DNA of 64,000 nucleotides. Source: an uncultured delta proteobacterium. Its GTDB lineage: Bacteria; Desulfobacterota; Syntrophobacteria; Syntrophobacterales; Syntrophobacteraceae. The stretch lies in contig CAWEHK010000015.1 of NCBI GenBank assembly GCA_963808625.1, positions 1-64,000 of the forward strand, written 5' to 3'. Within the stretch, counting starts at the first letter, position 1. Each line of letters opens with the position of its first letter. Shown here in pieces: positions 41,601-51,557 of this stretch. The notes under the pieces are model-generated. The model saw only the letters and a program-made list of their open reading frames with translations, did no database searches and was not told the DNA's origin. Position numbers and translations under genes: made by a program.

Positions 41601-42378
41601 TTGAGAGTTTACGCTGTTTACGCCTCTGCTCCCTCTCCAGCAATAGCTCCTGCACCTCCTTGAGTTCTCCTAATACCTTTTCTGGAACTGCCTTCTGTGT
41701 CTGGAGTTCTTGGAGACGCTCATAGACTCTCTGGCTGGAGAAAAAGAACACCCCTGCAAGACCTAGAATCGCCCATAACAACCATGAAGAGCTAGAGGAG
41801 GTCCCTATTGAAAGCCAGGAGTGCCCAAAAAAGTCGAGAAGAATAACCGAGATGGGCACAAAGATCAAAAGCCAAGATGTGATCTCCCCAACAATAAATG
41901 CCCGTGCCTTGATGCTCAAGTCTCGCCTTGCAACCGTCACGTTGTTGAAAAATACCACACCTGCCAAACCCAAAATTGCCCAAACCAATAGCAAAGTAAT
42001 AACAGTTTCCTCAAAAATAAAGCGTCCCCAAATCATTTCGATAACCGCAATAACAGATGGAAAAAACAGCAATAACCAACAGAGACTTTGGCCAAGAATA
42101 AAGATGAGGCGTATGCTCGGCGACCGTTCGTCTCGATCCGTCCTACCCGTGGTGAGAAGAAACACACCCAAAAGGCCCACGACTGCCGAAATCAGCAACA
42201 ACGGCATGGGAATGCCTTTCAAAATCAGTGGCCCCCAAATTGTCTCAACGAGGGCAGCACCACAAGGAAAGAACAGCAGGAGCCAACACATGACATGCCC
42301 CAAAACCAAAAGCACAGACATGCCACCTGGTGCTGCCACCTTCCACGATGAATAGGCATCTCGCTTGTCCTGCATCAT
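41590..42378 (-). CDS. Membrane protein with three tandem two-TM repeats and a C-terminal coiled coil
   Basis: Three copies of G-x4-WLL(L/I)F(F/V)P...GL(L/A)GV. Confidence 0.8.
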   Translation of the reverse strand: MMQDKRDAYSSWKVAAPGGMSVLLVLGHVMCWLLLFFPCGAALVETIWGPLILKGIPMPLLLISAVVGLLGVFLLTTGRTDRDERSPSIRLIFILGQSLCWLLLFFPSVIAVIEMIWGRFIFEETVITLLLVWAILGLAGVVFFNNVTVARRDLSIKARAFIVGEITSWLLIFVPISVILLDFFGHSWLSIGTSSSSSWLLWAILGLAGVFFFSSQRVYERLQELQTQKAVPEKVLGELKEVQELLLEREQRRKQRKLSNVR

Positions 42379-42487
42379 GGGCTTAACTCTTTAATATCTA
42401 AAGATTTACAATCAAAAGAGACCCAACTCCATGCTTTTTGGCATTCGCGTTTTGGTCGGTTGAACAAAAGGTGAGAACAACACACGT

Positions 42488-43447
42488 CTATTGAATTCTG
42501 ACCCTTCCCTTCCGCAGCATAAGGCCGTTTTGGTCGGCAACTGCTGGGCTGACCAGGTCACTAATCGTTGCCACCGGCAGTTTCCTGTCGTCTTCATCAT
42601 CAAAGAACTCACGGATATTGGCAAAAAAGTGATGCAACGGTACGAGTAGCACTTCGTTAGAGCCCTCTTGCCGAATTCTTGCCAGGTCGGCGTTCCCCGA
42701 GGCGGGCTCGATGGTGTACCTCGGCGGGATTCCAATGCCCTCGAAAAAGGCTCGCAGTTTGGCAATATCACCTTTGTGGTTTCCACCTTCGAAAGTCCAG
42801 AATGCTCGCCACTGCCTCACCACGATTTCTTCGAAGTTCAATTGCCGGTTACCCGATAACGGATGTGGAAATTGGGGCTTCAGTTCCGATTTCCGATGTT
42901 CTCGAACGGCCTCGGAAGCATTTTGCATCACGTTTCCGGGCAAATTGGCTTGCTTGCTAACCGAGGGGGCTGTTTCGTTTGCCGGAGGCTGCACTTCCTC
43001 TACCGTTGCAGCCCCAACAGGGAGGGGAAGCATTCGGTAGATGCGTGATAACTGCAAGGTAAGATTGTTTGTTCTGATTCGAATTTCCTTATAGCTTTCT
43101 TCCAGCGCCAGGGTTCGGGCCTCCATAGCCACTACCGTGTCCCAAGCCGTCCCAAGCTCGGGTTTCATAGGTTCTTTATTCCCGAGTTGTCGCCGTTGTC
43201 CAATTTTCTCTTTCGCGATCCAACCGAACGCCACCCCAAGCCCTAAAGCACACCCAAAGCGAGCAAGCGAAATAGGGAGGCTCTCTGGACTTGGGAACGG
43301 CAGCAGGATGGTGAATAACACAAGCATCAACATGGCGATGCCAATAACCCAAATCCGCGTGTTTTGCTTGTGAAAGAAACTCGAGTTCGTGCTCACGATT
43401 ATCCCCTCGGCTGGCTTACTTTGTGATGCTTCGAGTCCCTTTTTCAA
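42488..43447 (-). CDS. Two-TM protein with a coiled coil and a possibly GrpE-like C-terminal beta domain
   Basis: Overlaps the stop of the giant ORF by 4 nt; ends ISDLVSPAVADQNGLMLRKGRVRIQ. Confidence 0.7.
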   Translation of the reverse strand: MKKGLEASQSKPAEGIIVSTNSSFFHKQNTRIWVIGIAMLMLVLFTILLPFPSPESLPISLARFGCALGLGVAFGWIAKEKIGQRRQLGNKEPMKPELGTAWDTVVAMEARTLALEESYKEIRIRTNNLTLQLSRIYRMLPLPVGAATVEEVQPPANETAPSVSKQANLPGNVMQNASEAVREHRKSELKPQFPHPLSGNRQLNFEEIVVRQWRAFWTFEGGNHKGDIAKLRAFFEGIGIPPRYTIEPASGNADLARIRQEGSNEVLLVPLHHFFANIREFFDDEDDRKLPVATISDLVSPAVADQNGLMLRKGRVRIQ

Positions 43448-46400
43448 ATGCGATTGGCCCGGGGTCGGTGCCTGAGGTATTCGACCAGGATCCTAAAGGG
43501 GCTCAACTGTAGGGACATCAAAACAGCGTCAGGCAATTCACGTAATTCTGACACCAGATCAAACTGGTCTCGGTCGTCAAACAAGTGGCGACACAGCCGC
43601 GGAGTGGGCTGGCCTTGGTCCAATAAGAATTCAAGAGACTTTGCCGTCTTGCTCTCAATTCTGAAGGGCAGCTTCTTCTTCCATCTGTAGACACTGCATC
43701 TCTGTCCCCGGTAAGTTTCTTCACCGTTGTCATGGTAATCGACAATATCCACAAGATTAAAAGTTTTCGGTTTTTTTCTGTAGCTGACCAAATCAGCCTC
43801 ACCCATCTGATCTGCAAGGCGACGGGCAAGCTCTGTCTTACTATCTTCGCTGATCCTGGCCCCCTTTTCTCGTGACTCGATCATCACCCGGACCGACTGT
43901 TTGCCCTCCCTCAACAACTGATTGGCCCGGTCGTTAATGGTTGCCACATAAGGCTCTATGCTATCCTTAGTCGTTTCATTAAGCATCCAGCCCATGCCCA
44001 AGAGGTCGATCTTCACAGGATAAACGCTGTCGATCCCGTCTTTCCCGCTCTCGATCAATTCCCCCTCTACCGCAAATGAACCCACTGCGGCGGGGCTCAA
44101 GTCCCTCCTATGACATTTCACCGCGATCGCCGCGGCCCACCGGCTGATGATCTCCCGCGCCAAGTCGTATGCGCCTTGGATTGTCGGATAAGATTTGTCC
44201 TTGCCTGTGATAATATAGCGCATTGTCTCTTGCGGTTCATATCGAATACGATATAGGAGGGAATGCTCTGCCTTGTGGCCGAAGTCTCGATCCAGTTGAC
44301 GCAACAGGTCGTCACCGCCAAACCTGAAACTCTCGGCCCACTGATGCCTTCCAAAACCTGGATAAAAACCACCCCACAGGTCGATAGAACCACCGCCAAG
44401 GTCAGCGACCACGTAAACGTTGCCGCTGTTAGCTCCGGACGTTAGTTTCCCGGCTAGCGACTCCCATTGAAAATGGTTATCGAACTGGATGCCGGTCATG
44501 GCAGTCAAAGTGGCCGTAATTCTGTCGACATCGTCTTTAAATTTGGGGAATTGGTCCCACATCCGCAAGGGAAGGCCAAAGGTGACGCGAATCCTTTCGG
44601 GGAGTCCATGCTGAAGATCATCCTGCTCCATACCGACCCGAAGGGCCAGGCAAATCTCGATCAAATGAAGCAAGTACGATCTACGAAGCTGCAGCTGGTG
44701 GTCTTCAGACAACCCTCCCTGCGTGGTATCGAACCACTTAAACGATGTGCTGCCGCGACGGCCGCCCCAAACATCCTCATTGATCACTGATTTTTCCAGC
44801 GCATTGATCGTAAAGTCCTTCTTGTATCTCATCCCACCCAATTTTCCTGCCAAGCTAACTACCGTCGGGTTGAGCGAAGTCATTAGAGAGGGGACGAGGG
44901 CAGATCCAGCCACATTAGGATTAGTGTTGAACGTTGGGAACCAAGTCCATGAGTCCATGGTAGTCCTCTCATCCTTGGTTACCACAAGCGTTTGATCAAG
45001 CTTGGCGGCGGTCGTGATGTTAACGCTTTTGGGACCGGCTTTTGCTGCTACCACTGTACTGTAGGTGCCAAAATCTACCCCCCACTGCTCAGGGCCAATG
45101 AGCCTGCTGACGTCTTTCATAAGTGCCACCCGAAACAAACCCACACCACGAGAGCGGTCAGTATCGTCTCGCAGCAACACTGTAAAAAACGTTGGTCTGC
45201 CGCCTCTCTGGAAAGAGAGCTCCGTTTCACTCAAATCAAACAGGGGCTGCCCAGAATAATGGTGGTGCAATAGTCTCCTTGACAACCCCTGACTATTGCT
45301 TCCGGTCATGAACACGGCGAGGATGCTGTCCGTAGCGCTGAAATTGGCAAACGCGTAGTAGGCGTTCCATCCGTCCAGCTCGAATTTTGGCCAGAAAGCA
45401 ATGGTGCATGGCTGTGGCCTTTGCTCGATCCTTACAGGCCACCTTTCCTCGTCGGGCCTACCCTTCAACTTGAACATGTAGCTGATGGTGGCCGCTGGCC
45501 CACTTATATTCTTGCTGTGCCTGGCTTCGTAGTTGATTAGGTCGGCATAAGCCGCCTTCACTGGATAGTCCGGGTAGATGGGCTCCTCGCCTTGTTGTAG
45601 CGTTACCCTGCCAGCAAGTGGAGCCACGGCGTTGAGCAACACCGCGGTGGTAGCAGGGATAATGTCAAACTCATCGGGCGTATGGATACACCATGCCACG
45701 GTGCTCTCAGGGGTTCCCTTTTTTGTGTCAGCAAAGCAGAAACCGAATCGAAACCTTGCCACCAAATTCTTATAGAGGTCAGCCCAGACAGCGATCCTTT
45801 TCTCGTTCCCGTTCTTTGAGAAAAAGATGAATGGTGGACACTTTTTGCTGTCACGCAGAAAATCGACTATCTTTATCACCTCAGTGGGAGTGTCCTGGGT
45901 GCTACTATCCCCAAGAGAGATATCTTTCACCGTTTGAAACCCAAATCGTAGGATCTGTTGTTTCATCTTTTGGCGATTCCGTCTACCCACCACGGGCAAG
46001 GCCAGAGGCAGCGACGCTGAACCGTTGGACCAACGAATATTGAATAGTTGAGCCTCGTTATCGTCCAAGAGGTCGAACTCAAAGGATGGATCGTACACCC
46101 TTTCACTCGAAAGGTCGGGATGGTTCAGCAAGTATTGAAACCAGTAAGGCTTGTCACTTGAACCATGGAGGGTATCGTGCATGTCGCTCAGAAATAGGAG
46201 CCACCCTTTAAGGGTCTTCCTGCCCTCCTGAATCCTGCGATCCGTGTCCTGAAGGTGGTCTTCAACTTTCGGCCAGTCGACGCCCGCAGAGGGGCAAAGC
46301 AGAGTCTCTGGGTCGGATACAGCCAGGAGCCCAGGAAAATCCTGGCTGTCGAGGTACAATCCAACCTGTCGCTCAAGGCGATTTGCCTCGTTAGGGATGG

Positions 46401-48141
46401 TCTCATTGTAACAATCAGTCAGAGAGATTTGTCCTTGGCCAATGTCTGGGAGATAGCGGTGTATTATGATTCTGCCGGCGGCCACCCCCTTGAGGAGCAT
46501 TAATACCCGCTCGGCAAGCACCTTGCCCTTATCGAACGGAGCCGCCGCATTCGGATCCTCGGAGAAGCGACGCAAGAAGGACTCCAATAGAAATCTGATG
46601 GAAGCGGTGCTTGGTACTGCGCGGGCATCGATGTGATCCAATCGGATCAGTGTTTCACTGGGCAGTTGATTAGTGATGTTCTCGATAGTGCCAATTGCGC
46701 TTTCGTTGTATCCCGCCACGTCTTGGGGAAGGGCGGGCATGCAGCGCTCCGCGCTTGTGCGATCTCCGTCTAGGTGATTCGAAAGTGATTTCAGAATCCA
46801 AGCCCTAGGTACACCACCTTCTTGACCCTCAACACTGACCTGCAGCCAATCACGGACATAATCCACACCCCCAAGGTTGCGCAAGGTCCCGCTTTTCGGT
46901 TCGAAATCCAACAGCTGCTTGATTTGCTCCTGGTTTTGGAAGATCGATGGCTGAAAGTCGTGAAGCCGTTTCAGTGCCATCATTTTCAGTTCGAAAACCT
47001 TCTGGACCCGAGCAGTACTTAACTGCATTCGATCCAGGGCAGCGATCACCAGTCTTCCAGGGAAGAGAGACCATCTAACCGATTTAGGCCAACGAGTGTA
47101 GGTCATGAAAACGGCCAACCGGTAACATAGAGAGACATTCCAGTTGATAAGGTTCGCGAATCGGAATGCCGGTCTAACCTCATCTTTGGCAACGGCCACG
47201 CCGTTAAAAGTCCAGGCACTGTCCGGAAGGATCAGGTCTCCATCTTGGAGTTGTGGACAGACCATGGTGAAGAGCCCTGTTTCCATGCTGCTATTTTGGG
47301 AAAAAAGATTTGAGGCTGCGATTGCGCCATAGTAGGGGACGGTCAGGATGTGATGGTAGCTCTGTCGTGTGTCGCTTTGCCAAGGGCGGGAACCTGCTCG
47401 TTCTATATTAGGATGGCCCAACACCAGCGTCATAGCGAGCTTCTGGAGCTGATCCCGGAAATAAAGAAAAGCGCTGGATGCCCGCGTTTTCATCTCCGAA
47501 TTGCGCCTGTCGGCATCCTCGACGTGGCCTTGGACGGTGTCGCCCCCCAGTCGGAACCAAGGCAGGAACAGGCAGGCCGCAAGTAGCGATGAAGGATCGC
47601 GACGGCTTGCGAGGCTTTCGACGAGACGAGGCAGGCACCCTGCGCCTGTGCCTCCGACCGAGGACCCGGAAATCAAGAAACGGGAGCCCGGGTTCTTGAT
47701 CTGATCTCGAATTCTGTAAAAAGGTGTCCCCTTTTCCGTGCTCCATTTGCTGTAGGTATGGTTGAACACTGTAGCGCCTACCGCTGCTTGTCCATAATAC
47801 CCATTCCGATACCTGACCTTTCGTTGTTCCTCGTCAAAAAGCCACTGACGCTGTGGTTCAACGATGGTCTCATTGAACGTATTACCTGTAAGCGTGTCAT
47901 CGAAGGGCGCAAGATAATGGAAGCCCTCAACGTTCATCTCCAGGGATTGCATCCGATCGAACATTTCGATGAATTTTTGCCAGGCTGACGTTCCTTCGTC
48001 ATCAGATGCATCAGCGTCGAGCAGATAAAAAGTTGGTAGGTGCCATCCGTCCTGGATCAGATAAGACAAGGCGGCGAGATCGATGTATGCCAGCGCAACG
48101 TGCTGTCCCGTACCCCCCACGGCTATGAAATGATTGCTCAC
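43444..48141 (-). CDS. About 1565-aa protein: N-terminal tubulin/FtsZ-like GTPase domain and C-terminal actin/Hsp70-fold ATPase domain
   Basis: GTG start at 48141 after AAGGGG; FIAVGGTG and SGSSVGGTGAG (tubulin/FtsZ loops); WGVDFGTYST and VADLGGGSID followed by FGGDDL (ASKHA phosphate-1 and phosphate-2). Confidence 0.8.
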   Translation of the reverse strand: MSNHFIAVGGTGQHVALAYIDLAALSYLIQDGWHLPTFYLLDADASDDEGTSAWQKFIEMFDRMQSLEMNVEGFHYLAPFDDTLTGNTFNETIVEPQRQWLFDEEQRKVRYRNGYYGQAAVGATVFNHTYSKWSTEKGTPFYRIRDQIKNPGSRFLISGSSVGGTGAGCLPRLVESLASRRDPSSLLAACLFLPWFRLGGDTVQGHVEDADRRNSEMKTRASSAFLYFRDQLQKLAMTLVLGHPNIERAGSRPWQSDTRQSYHHILTVPYYGAIAASNLFSQNSSMETGLFTMVCPQLQDGDLILPDSAWTFNGVAVAKDEVRPAFRFANLINWNVSLCYRLAVFMTYTRWPKSVRWSLFPGRLVIAALDRMQLSTARVQKVFELKMMALKRLHDFQPSIFQNQEQIKQLLDFEPKSGTLRNLGGVDYVRDWLQVSVEGQEGGVPRAWILKSLSNHLDGDRTSAERCMPALPQDVAGYNESAIGTIENITNQLPSETLIRLDHIDARAVPSTASIRFLLESFLRRFSEDPNAAAPFDKGKVLAERVLMLLKGVAAGRIIIHRYLPDIGQGQISLTDCYNETIPNEANRLERQVGLYLDSQDFPGLLAVSDPETLLCPSAGVDWPKVEDHLQDTDRRIQEGRKTLKGWLLFLSDMHDTLHGSSDKPYWFQYLLNHPDLSSERVYDPSFEFDLLDDNEAQLFNIRWSNGSASLPLALPVVGRRNRQKMKQQILRFGFQTVKDISLGDSSTQDTPTEVIKIVDFLRDSKKCPPFIFFSKNGNEKRIAVWADLYKNLVARFRFGFCFADTKKGTPESTVAWCIHTPDEFDIIPATTAVLLNAVAPLAGRVTLQQGEEPIYPDYPVKAAYADLINYEARHSKNISGPAATISYMFKLKGRPDEERWPVRIEQRPQPCTIAFWPKFELDGWNAYYAFANFSATDSILAVFMTGSNSQGLSRRLLHHHYSGQPLFDLSETELSFQRGGRPTFFTVLLRDDTDRSRGVGLFRVALMKDVSRLIGPEQWGVDFGTYSTVVAAKAGPKSVNITTAAKLDQTLVVTKDERTTMDSWTWFPTFNTNPNVAGSALVPSLMTSLNPTVVSLAGKLGGMRYKKDFTINALEKSVINEDVWGGRRGSTSFKWFDTTQGGLSEDHQLQLRRSYLLHLIEICLALRVGMEQDDLQHGLPERIRVTFGLPLRMWDQFPKFKDDVDRITATLTAMTGIQFDNHFQWESLAGKLTSGANSGNVYVVADLGGGSIDLWGGFYPGFGRHQWAESFRFGGDDLLRQLDRDFGHKAEHSLLYRIRYEPQETMRYIITGKDKSYPTIQGAYDLAREIISRWAAAIAVKCHRRDLSPAAVGSFAVEGELIESGKDGIDSVYPVKIDLLGMGWMLNETTKDSIEPYVATINDRANQLLREGKQSVRVMIESREKGARISEDSKTELARRLADQMGEADLVSYRKKPKTFNLVDIVDYHDNGEETYRGQRCSVYRWKKKLPFRIESKTAKSLEFLLDQGQPTPRLCRHLFDDRDQFDLVSELRELPDAVLMSLQLSPFRILVEYLRHRPRANRI

Positions 48142-48173
48142 CGTCAAAGACCCCTTCTGTTTAATCAGTTTGT

Positions 48174-48629
48174 TTAGCGTTTTGATAGCCAAACATAAAA
48201 GATCGGCAAAAGCGCCAATGCTGTGCCGATAAGTAGGCTTATGATCTGATGGGACGACTGGATGGTCCAGGTGTAGCGAAAGAATGAGCCGCAACCCCAC
48301 CAGATGAGACTCAGCACGAGCAGCCCCCCTATTGGAAACACCGTAACGGCCAAGAGCAATGGTTTTGTCCACAGGTTAGCCCAGCTATAATCAGGGGGAC
48401 TGACTTTGGCCAATGCTCGACACTGGCCCATGTGAGCGAAAAGACAGACGAAGCATGCCACGATTCCGCAAAAAACAGGGACTCCGTAAACGATCCATCC
48501 CCAGAACAAAATCAGCCAGTTGCACGAGCTAGCTGAAGTCGATTGCGCGTGGCATACGTTCCCGATCCATGCCTCGGCGGCAATCAGAATCGGGACCCCT
48601 CTTATGGTCCAGCTAAAGCGTCTTTTCAA
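48174..48629 (-). CDS. Small multi-pass membrane protein, first gene of the tubulin-like operon
   Basis: AGGT RBS with TTG start; possible signal peptide and three hydrophobic segments. Confidence 0.6.
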   Translation of the reverse strand: MKRRFSWTIRGVPILIAAEAWIGNVCHAQSTSASSCNWLILFWGWIVYGVPVFCGIVACFVCLFAHMGQCRALAKVSPPDYSWANLWTKPLLLAVTVFPIGGLLVLSLIWWGCGSFFRYTWTIQSSHQIISLLIGTALALLPIFYVWLSKR

Positions 48630-49427
48630 TGGCTTACCTCTGCGACGTCAAAAGGTTACTCCTTTAGAAATGCACAAAAAGGGAACAGCGTATTCACCCT
48701 ATAATTTAGGCTCGGTCAGCCTGTCAAGGGTAAATGGGTGTGATCAAGAGCTTTACCAGCATCCGGTGAAAAAAAAGACTTGAAGCAGGTTTTTAGGGAG
48801 TCTGAGAAAGGACATTTTGGGTGGAAATTGCATTGGGACAGCATGGGAGACCAACTGAGAGGGGGGCCGCGAGAAAACAAAGGAAGATCGAAAGAGGTTT
48901 TCAATGTTTATCCTGAGGTAAGGCAAAGAATCCGGGACTGTCTGCGATCTCCCCGGAGCCAAGAGCAAAATTTAGTAGTCCGGGAGAAAAAACCCTTGGA
49001 AATCTTCACCGATTTATTGTATTCGAAAGCCGAACCATCTACTCAGGAAGACTATAAACAAGAAGTTCCACCCGAGGGTAACTGTCGGACCATGTCGGCA
49101 CCGAATCACTAAATAGGAACAACATGCGAAGAGTGGCCTATCAAGGATAGCTTCGGAATGTAGGTGCCATGCCGTTTGCGAGCCTGGAAGCCGGCATCGG
49201 AGCATATTCGCAAGGTTAAAACCCCGCTGGCAAAGAAGGCGAAGCAGAGCTCTGGTGCTTGAGTGCAGAAGTAGATCTAGGAATATCCCGCCAAAGTATG
49301 CTGTCATAATTCGCATGGAGCATATTGGAGCTGAAAAATATGGCGATTTATACACCATCTAATTCATCGCTAACGCAGCCTGCTGCGGTGCCAGCGAAGG
49401 GGAAGAAGGCCCAGGGAGAATGCGAAC

Positions 49428-50453
49428 ATGAGTAGATCACCACAGGAACTCGAAACCCAGTATCACAAGCTGGAGGGCACAGCGAACAGGTTTGCCTTAT
49501 CGCTAATAGATCAGTTCGGGCACCTCTTGAAAGACCACGACATCCCACTCGGTATTCCCATCGAACACCGGGTGAAGTCATGGGACTCCATAGCCGAAAA
49601 AATCGAACGGAAAGAGATCGGCCTGAACGATCTCACCGAGCTCTCCGACTTCGTGGGGTTACGCCTCATACCACTATTCAAACGAGACGTGCTCAAAACC
49701 AGTGAGATTATCTGCAATAAATTTAGAGTTATCAAAGAGGAAGACCTTGTCAGCCGACTGAAGGAGGACCAATTCGGGTACCAATCCCGCCATCTCCTAA
49801 TAACCATACCGGAAGTCTGGCTCGAAGTGCCGTCGCTCGAGGAGTTTGCGTCACTGAAAGCAGAAATCCAGATAAGGACTCTCGCACAGCACATGTGGGC
49901 TGCCGCCTCTCACTACCTACAGTACAAACGAGAGAGCGCTGTTCCGTTGCCTATACGACGCTCGATCCACCGCGTTTCGGCCCTCCTGGAGACCGCCGAC
50001 CTCGAGTTTGATCGAGTGCTTGAAGAGAGGGATGCCTACCGAAATAAATTTGAACAGGTGCCGCAGCAAGCATCACTTGACGTCGATCTCCTCGCACGAG
50101 TTCTCGACGATTCTTTGCCAAAAGAGAACAAGGTGCCTCAAGAGCACTACAGCGAGCTTCTTGACGATCTGAAAGCTTTCGGTATTGAGACCGTGGACGC
50201 GTTCCGGGATTTGGTCGTGTCGATGCGTGAGAAGGTTCTTGCACACGAGAGAAAGCAAGTTCTAGACGCAAAGAGAAGAAACTACATCGGCACATCCAAA
50301 GAGCGCAATGACCGGGGTCTCTTCTTCAGCCACGTAGGCCTTGCTCGACAGGCTTTGATAGAGAAGTTTGGGAAAGATAGATGGGAGAAATACTTTTCGC
50401 AGATAAAGCAGAAGAAAGAAGGCTCGGATGATCACGAATCAGCACACCATTGA
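49428..50453 (+). CDS. RelA/SpoT-domain small alarmone synthetase homologue
   Basis: HRVKSWDSIAEK, DFVGLRL, GYQSRH, EIQIRTLAQHMWA; no HD hydrolase domain. Confidence 0.92.
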   Translation: MSRSPQELETQYHKLEGTANRFALSLIDQFGHLLKDHDIPLGIPIEHRVKSWDSIAEKIERKEIGLNDLTELSDFVGLRLIPLFKRDVLKTSEIICNKFRVIKEEDLVSRLKEDQFGYQSRHLLITIPEVWLEVPSLEEFASLKAEIQIRTLAQHMWAAASHYLQYKRESAVPLPIRRSIHRVSALLETADLEFDRVLEERDAYRNKFEQVPQQASLDVDLLARVLDDSLPKENKVPQEHYSELLDDLKAFGIETVDAFRDLVVSMREKVLAHERKQVLDAKRRNYIGTSKERNDRGLFFSHVGLARQALIEKFGKDRWEKYFSQIKQKKEGSDDHESAHH

Positions 50454-50599
50454 CGGGGCAACAGACAGGCTTCCAGCAAGACGCCGGCCTGAATGACGAG
50501 GAGGGCGATCACGTCCTGGTTCCACTTTTCTAAAGAGCGAAAAGCGAGTCAGGTCAACGGGTCTACTTGTATTTTCCAGCCAGGGTTCTGAGCTTGGTT

Positions 50600-50965
50600 T
50601 TAAAGCTTCCGGGAAGGGCTTCACCGCTCTTACAGTTTGGGTTCAGCAGCATTTTGGCGAGCGCGCTTGCGATTGGAGCTTCTGCACCCAGCTCATCCGC
50701 GTCCTTGTCAAAATGTCACGGTTAGCCAAGCCAAGTGCCGCATCGCCATCATTGCATACAGCCGCATCAAGTTCGAGAGCAAGCCTTTCGGCGTACAAAG
50801 AAAACTCGGCTTCTGTGAGACAACTCTTACGGTGTTGTGATGCCTCATCACATAGTGGGAAAGGGTAATTTTGCTGAGAGTCTTGACTGTGCAAGATGTA
50901 CCCCGTCGCCTTGGCCTGCCCTAGATTGTCAGGCTGTTCGTCGTGTGAGCCGATACATCCACCCC
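50600..50965 (-). pseudogene. Diverged partial duplicate of the C-terminal domain encoded at 53340-53710
   Basis: NYPFPLC...LYAERLALELDAAVCNDGDAALGLANRDI versus NFPFPLC...LYAEKLALELEPAVCNDGDAVLGLANRDI. Confidence 0.85.
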
Positions 50966-51163
50966 GTTACGGGTCGCAATCGCCCAAAGACGCTCCTTAT
51001 CGTTCCAGCCCAATACCGTCCCAGATTACGGCATTGGTGGTTTCATGGATTCGAACACAACAGCCAGGGCGCCCTTCGCTGATTTGTCTGACGACTTTGT
51101 CAGCGATGATAATTCCGAGCGAGCCGGCGACGATGACTTCATTGGGAATTTTGATCTTTATCG

Positions 51164-51547
51164 TCACTTCTGAATCACGATCTGGCTGGGATTTTTCACA
51201 ATTATTTCAGGCAGCCCTTCATAAATTTTGATGATTCCGGTCACCGTAACCTTCTTGTTCGAGTAGTACTCAGTGGGTTCGCCGATAGTATCGAAATCTT
51301 TCAAATCGCCCGTGAAAATAACGCACTTGAAAGCCGTCCGCCAATTCGCTCCAAGGTTTAGAAACCTGACCTTACCGCTCCTGGCAATGTGGGTGCTCAA
51401 GACTTCTCCAATGACGGTAACAAATTCGCCCTCATGTTGTTTGAGGACTTCGATATCGTCTGCCTTCAACTCGATGCTCCACGTTACGGTACTTAAGGTC
51501 ATAGCCAAGAGCAGAACCATGCAAGCGCTCAGCAGTACTTTCTTCAT
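51164..51547 (-). CDS. Exported OB-fold protein
   Basis: Signal peptide MKKVLLSACMVLLLA; VTVIGEV...FLNLG...VTVTGIIKIYEGLPEIIV. Confidence 0.8.
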   Translation of the reverse strand: MKKVLLSACMVLLLAMTLSTVTWSIELKADDIEVLKQHEGEFVTVIGEVLSTHIARSGKVRFLNLGANWRTAFKCVIFTGDLKDFDTIGEPTEYYSNKKVTVTGIIKIYEGLPEIIVKNPSQIVIQK

Positions 51548-51557
51548 TGGTGCCTCC

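Noticed and set aside
48142..48372. First 77 aa of the 1642-aa ORF
   Set aside because: Overlaps the upstream membrane gene; an RBS and GTG at 48141 put the tubulin first strand at the N-terminus.
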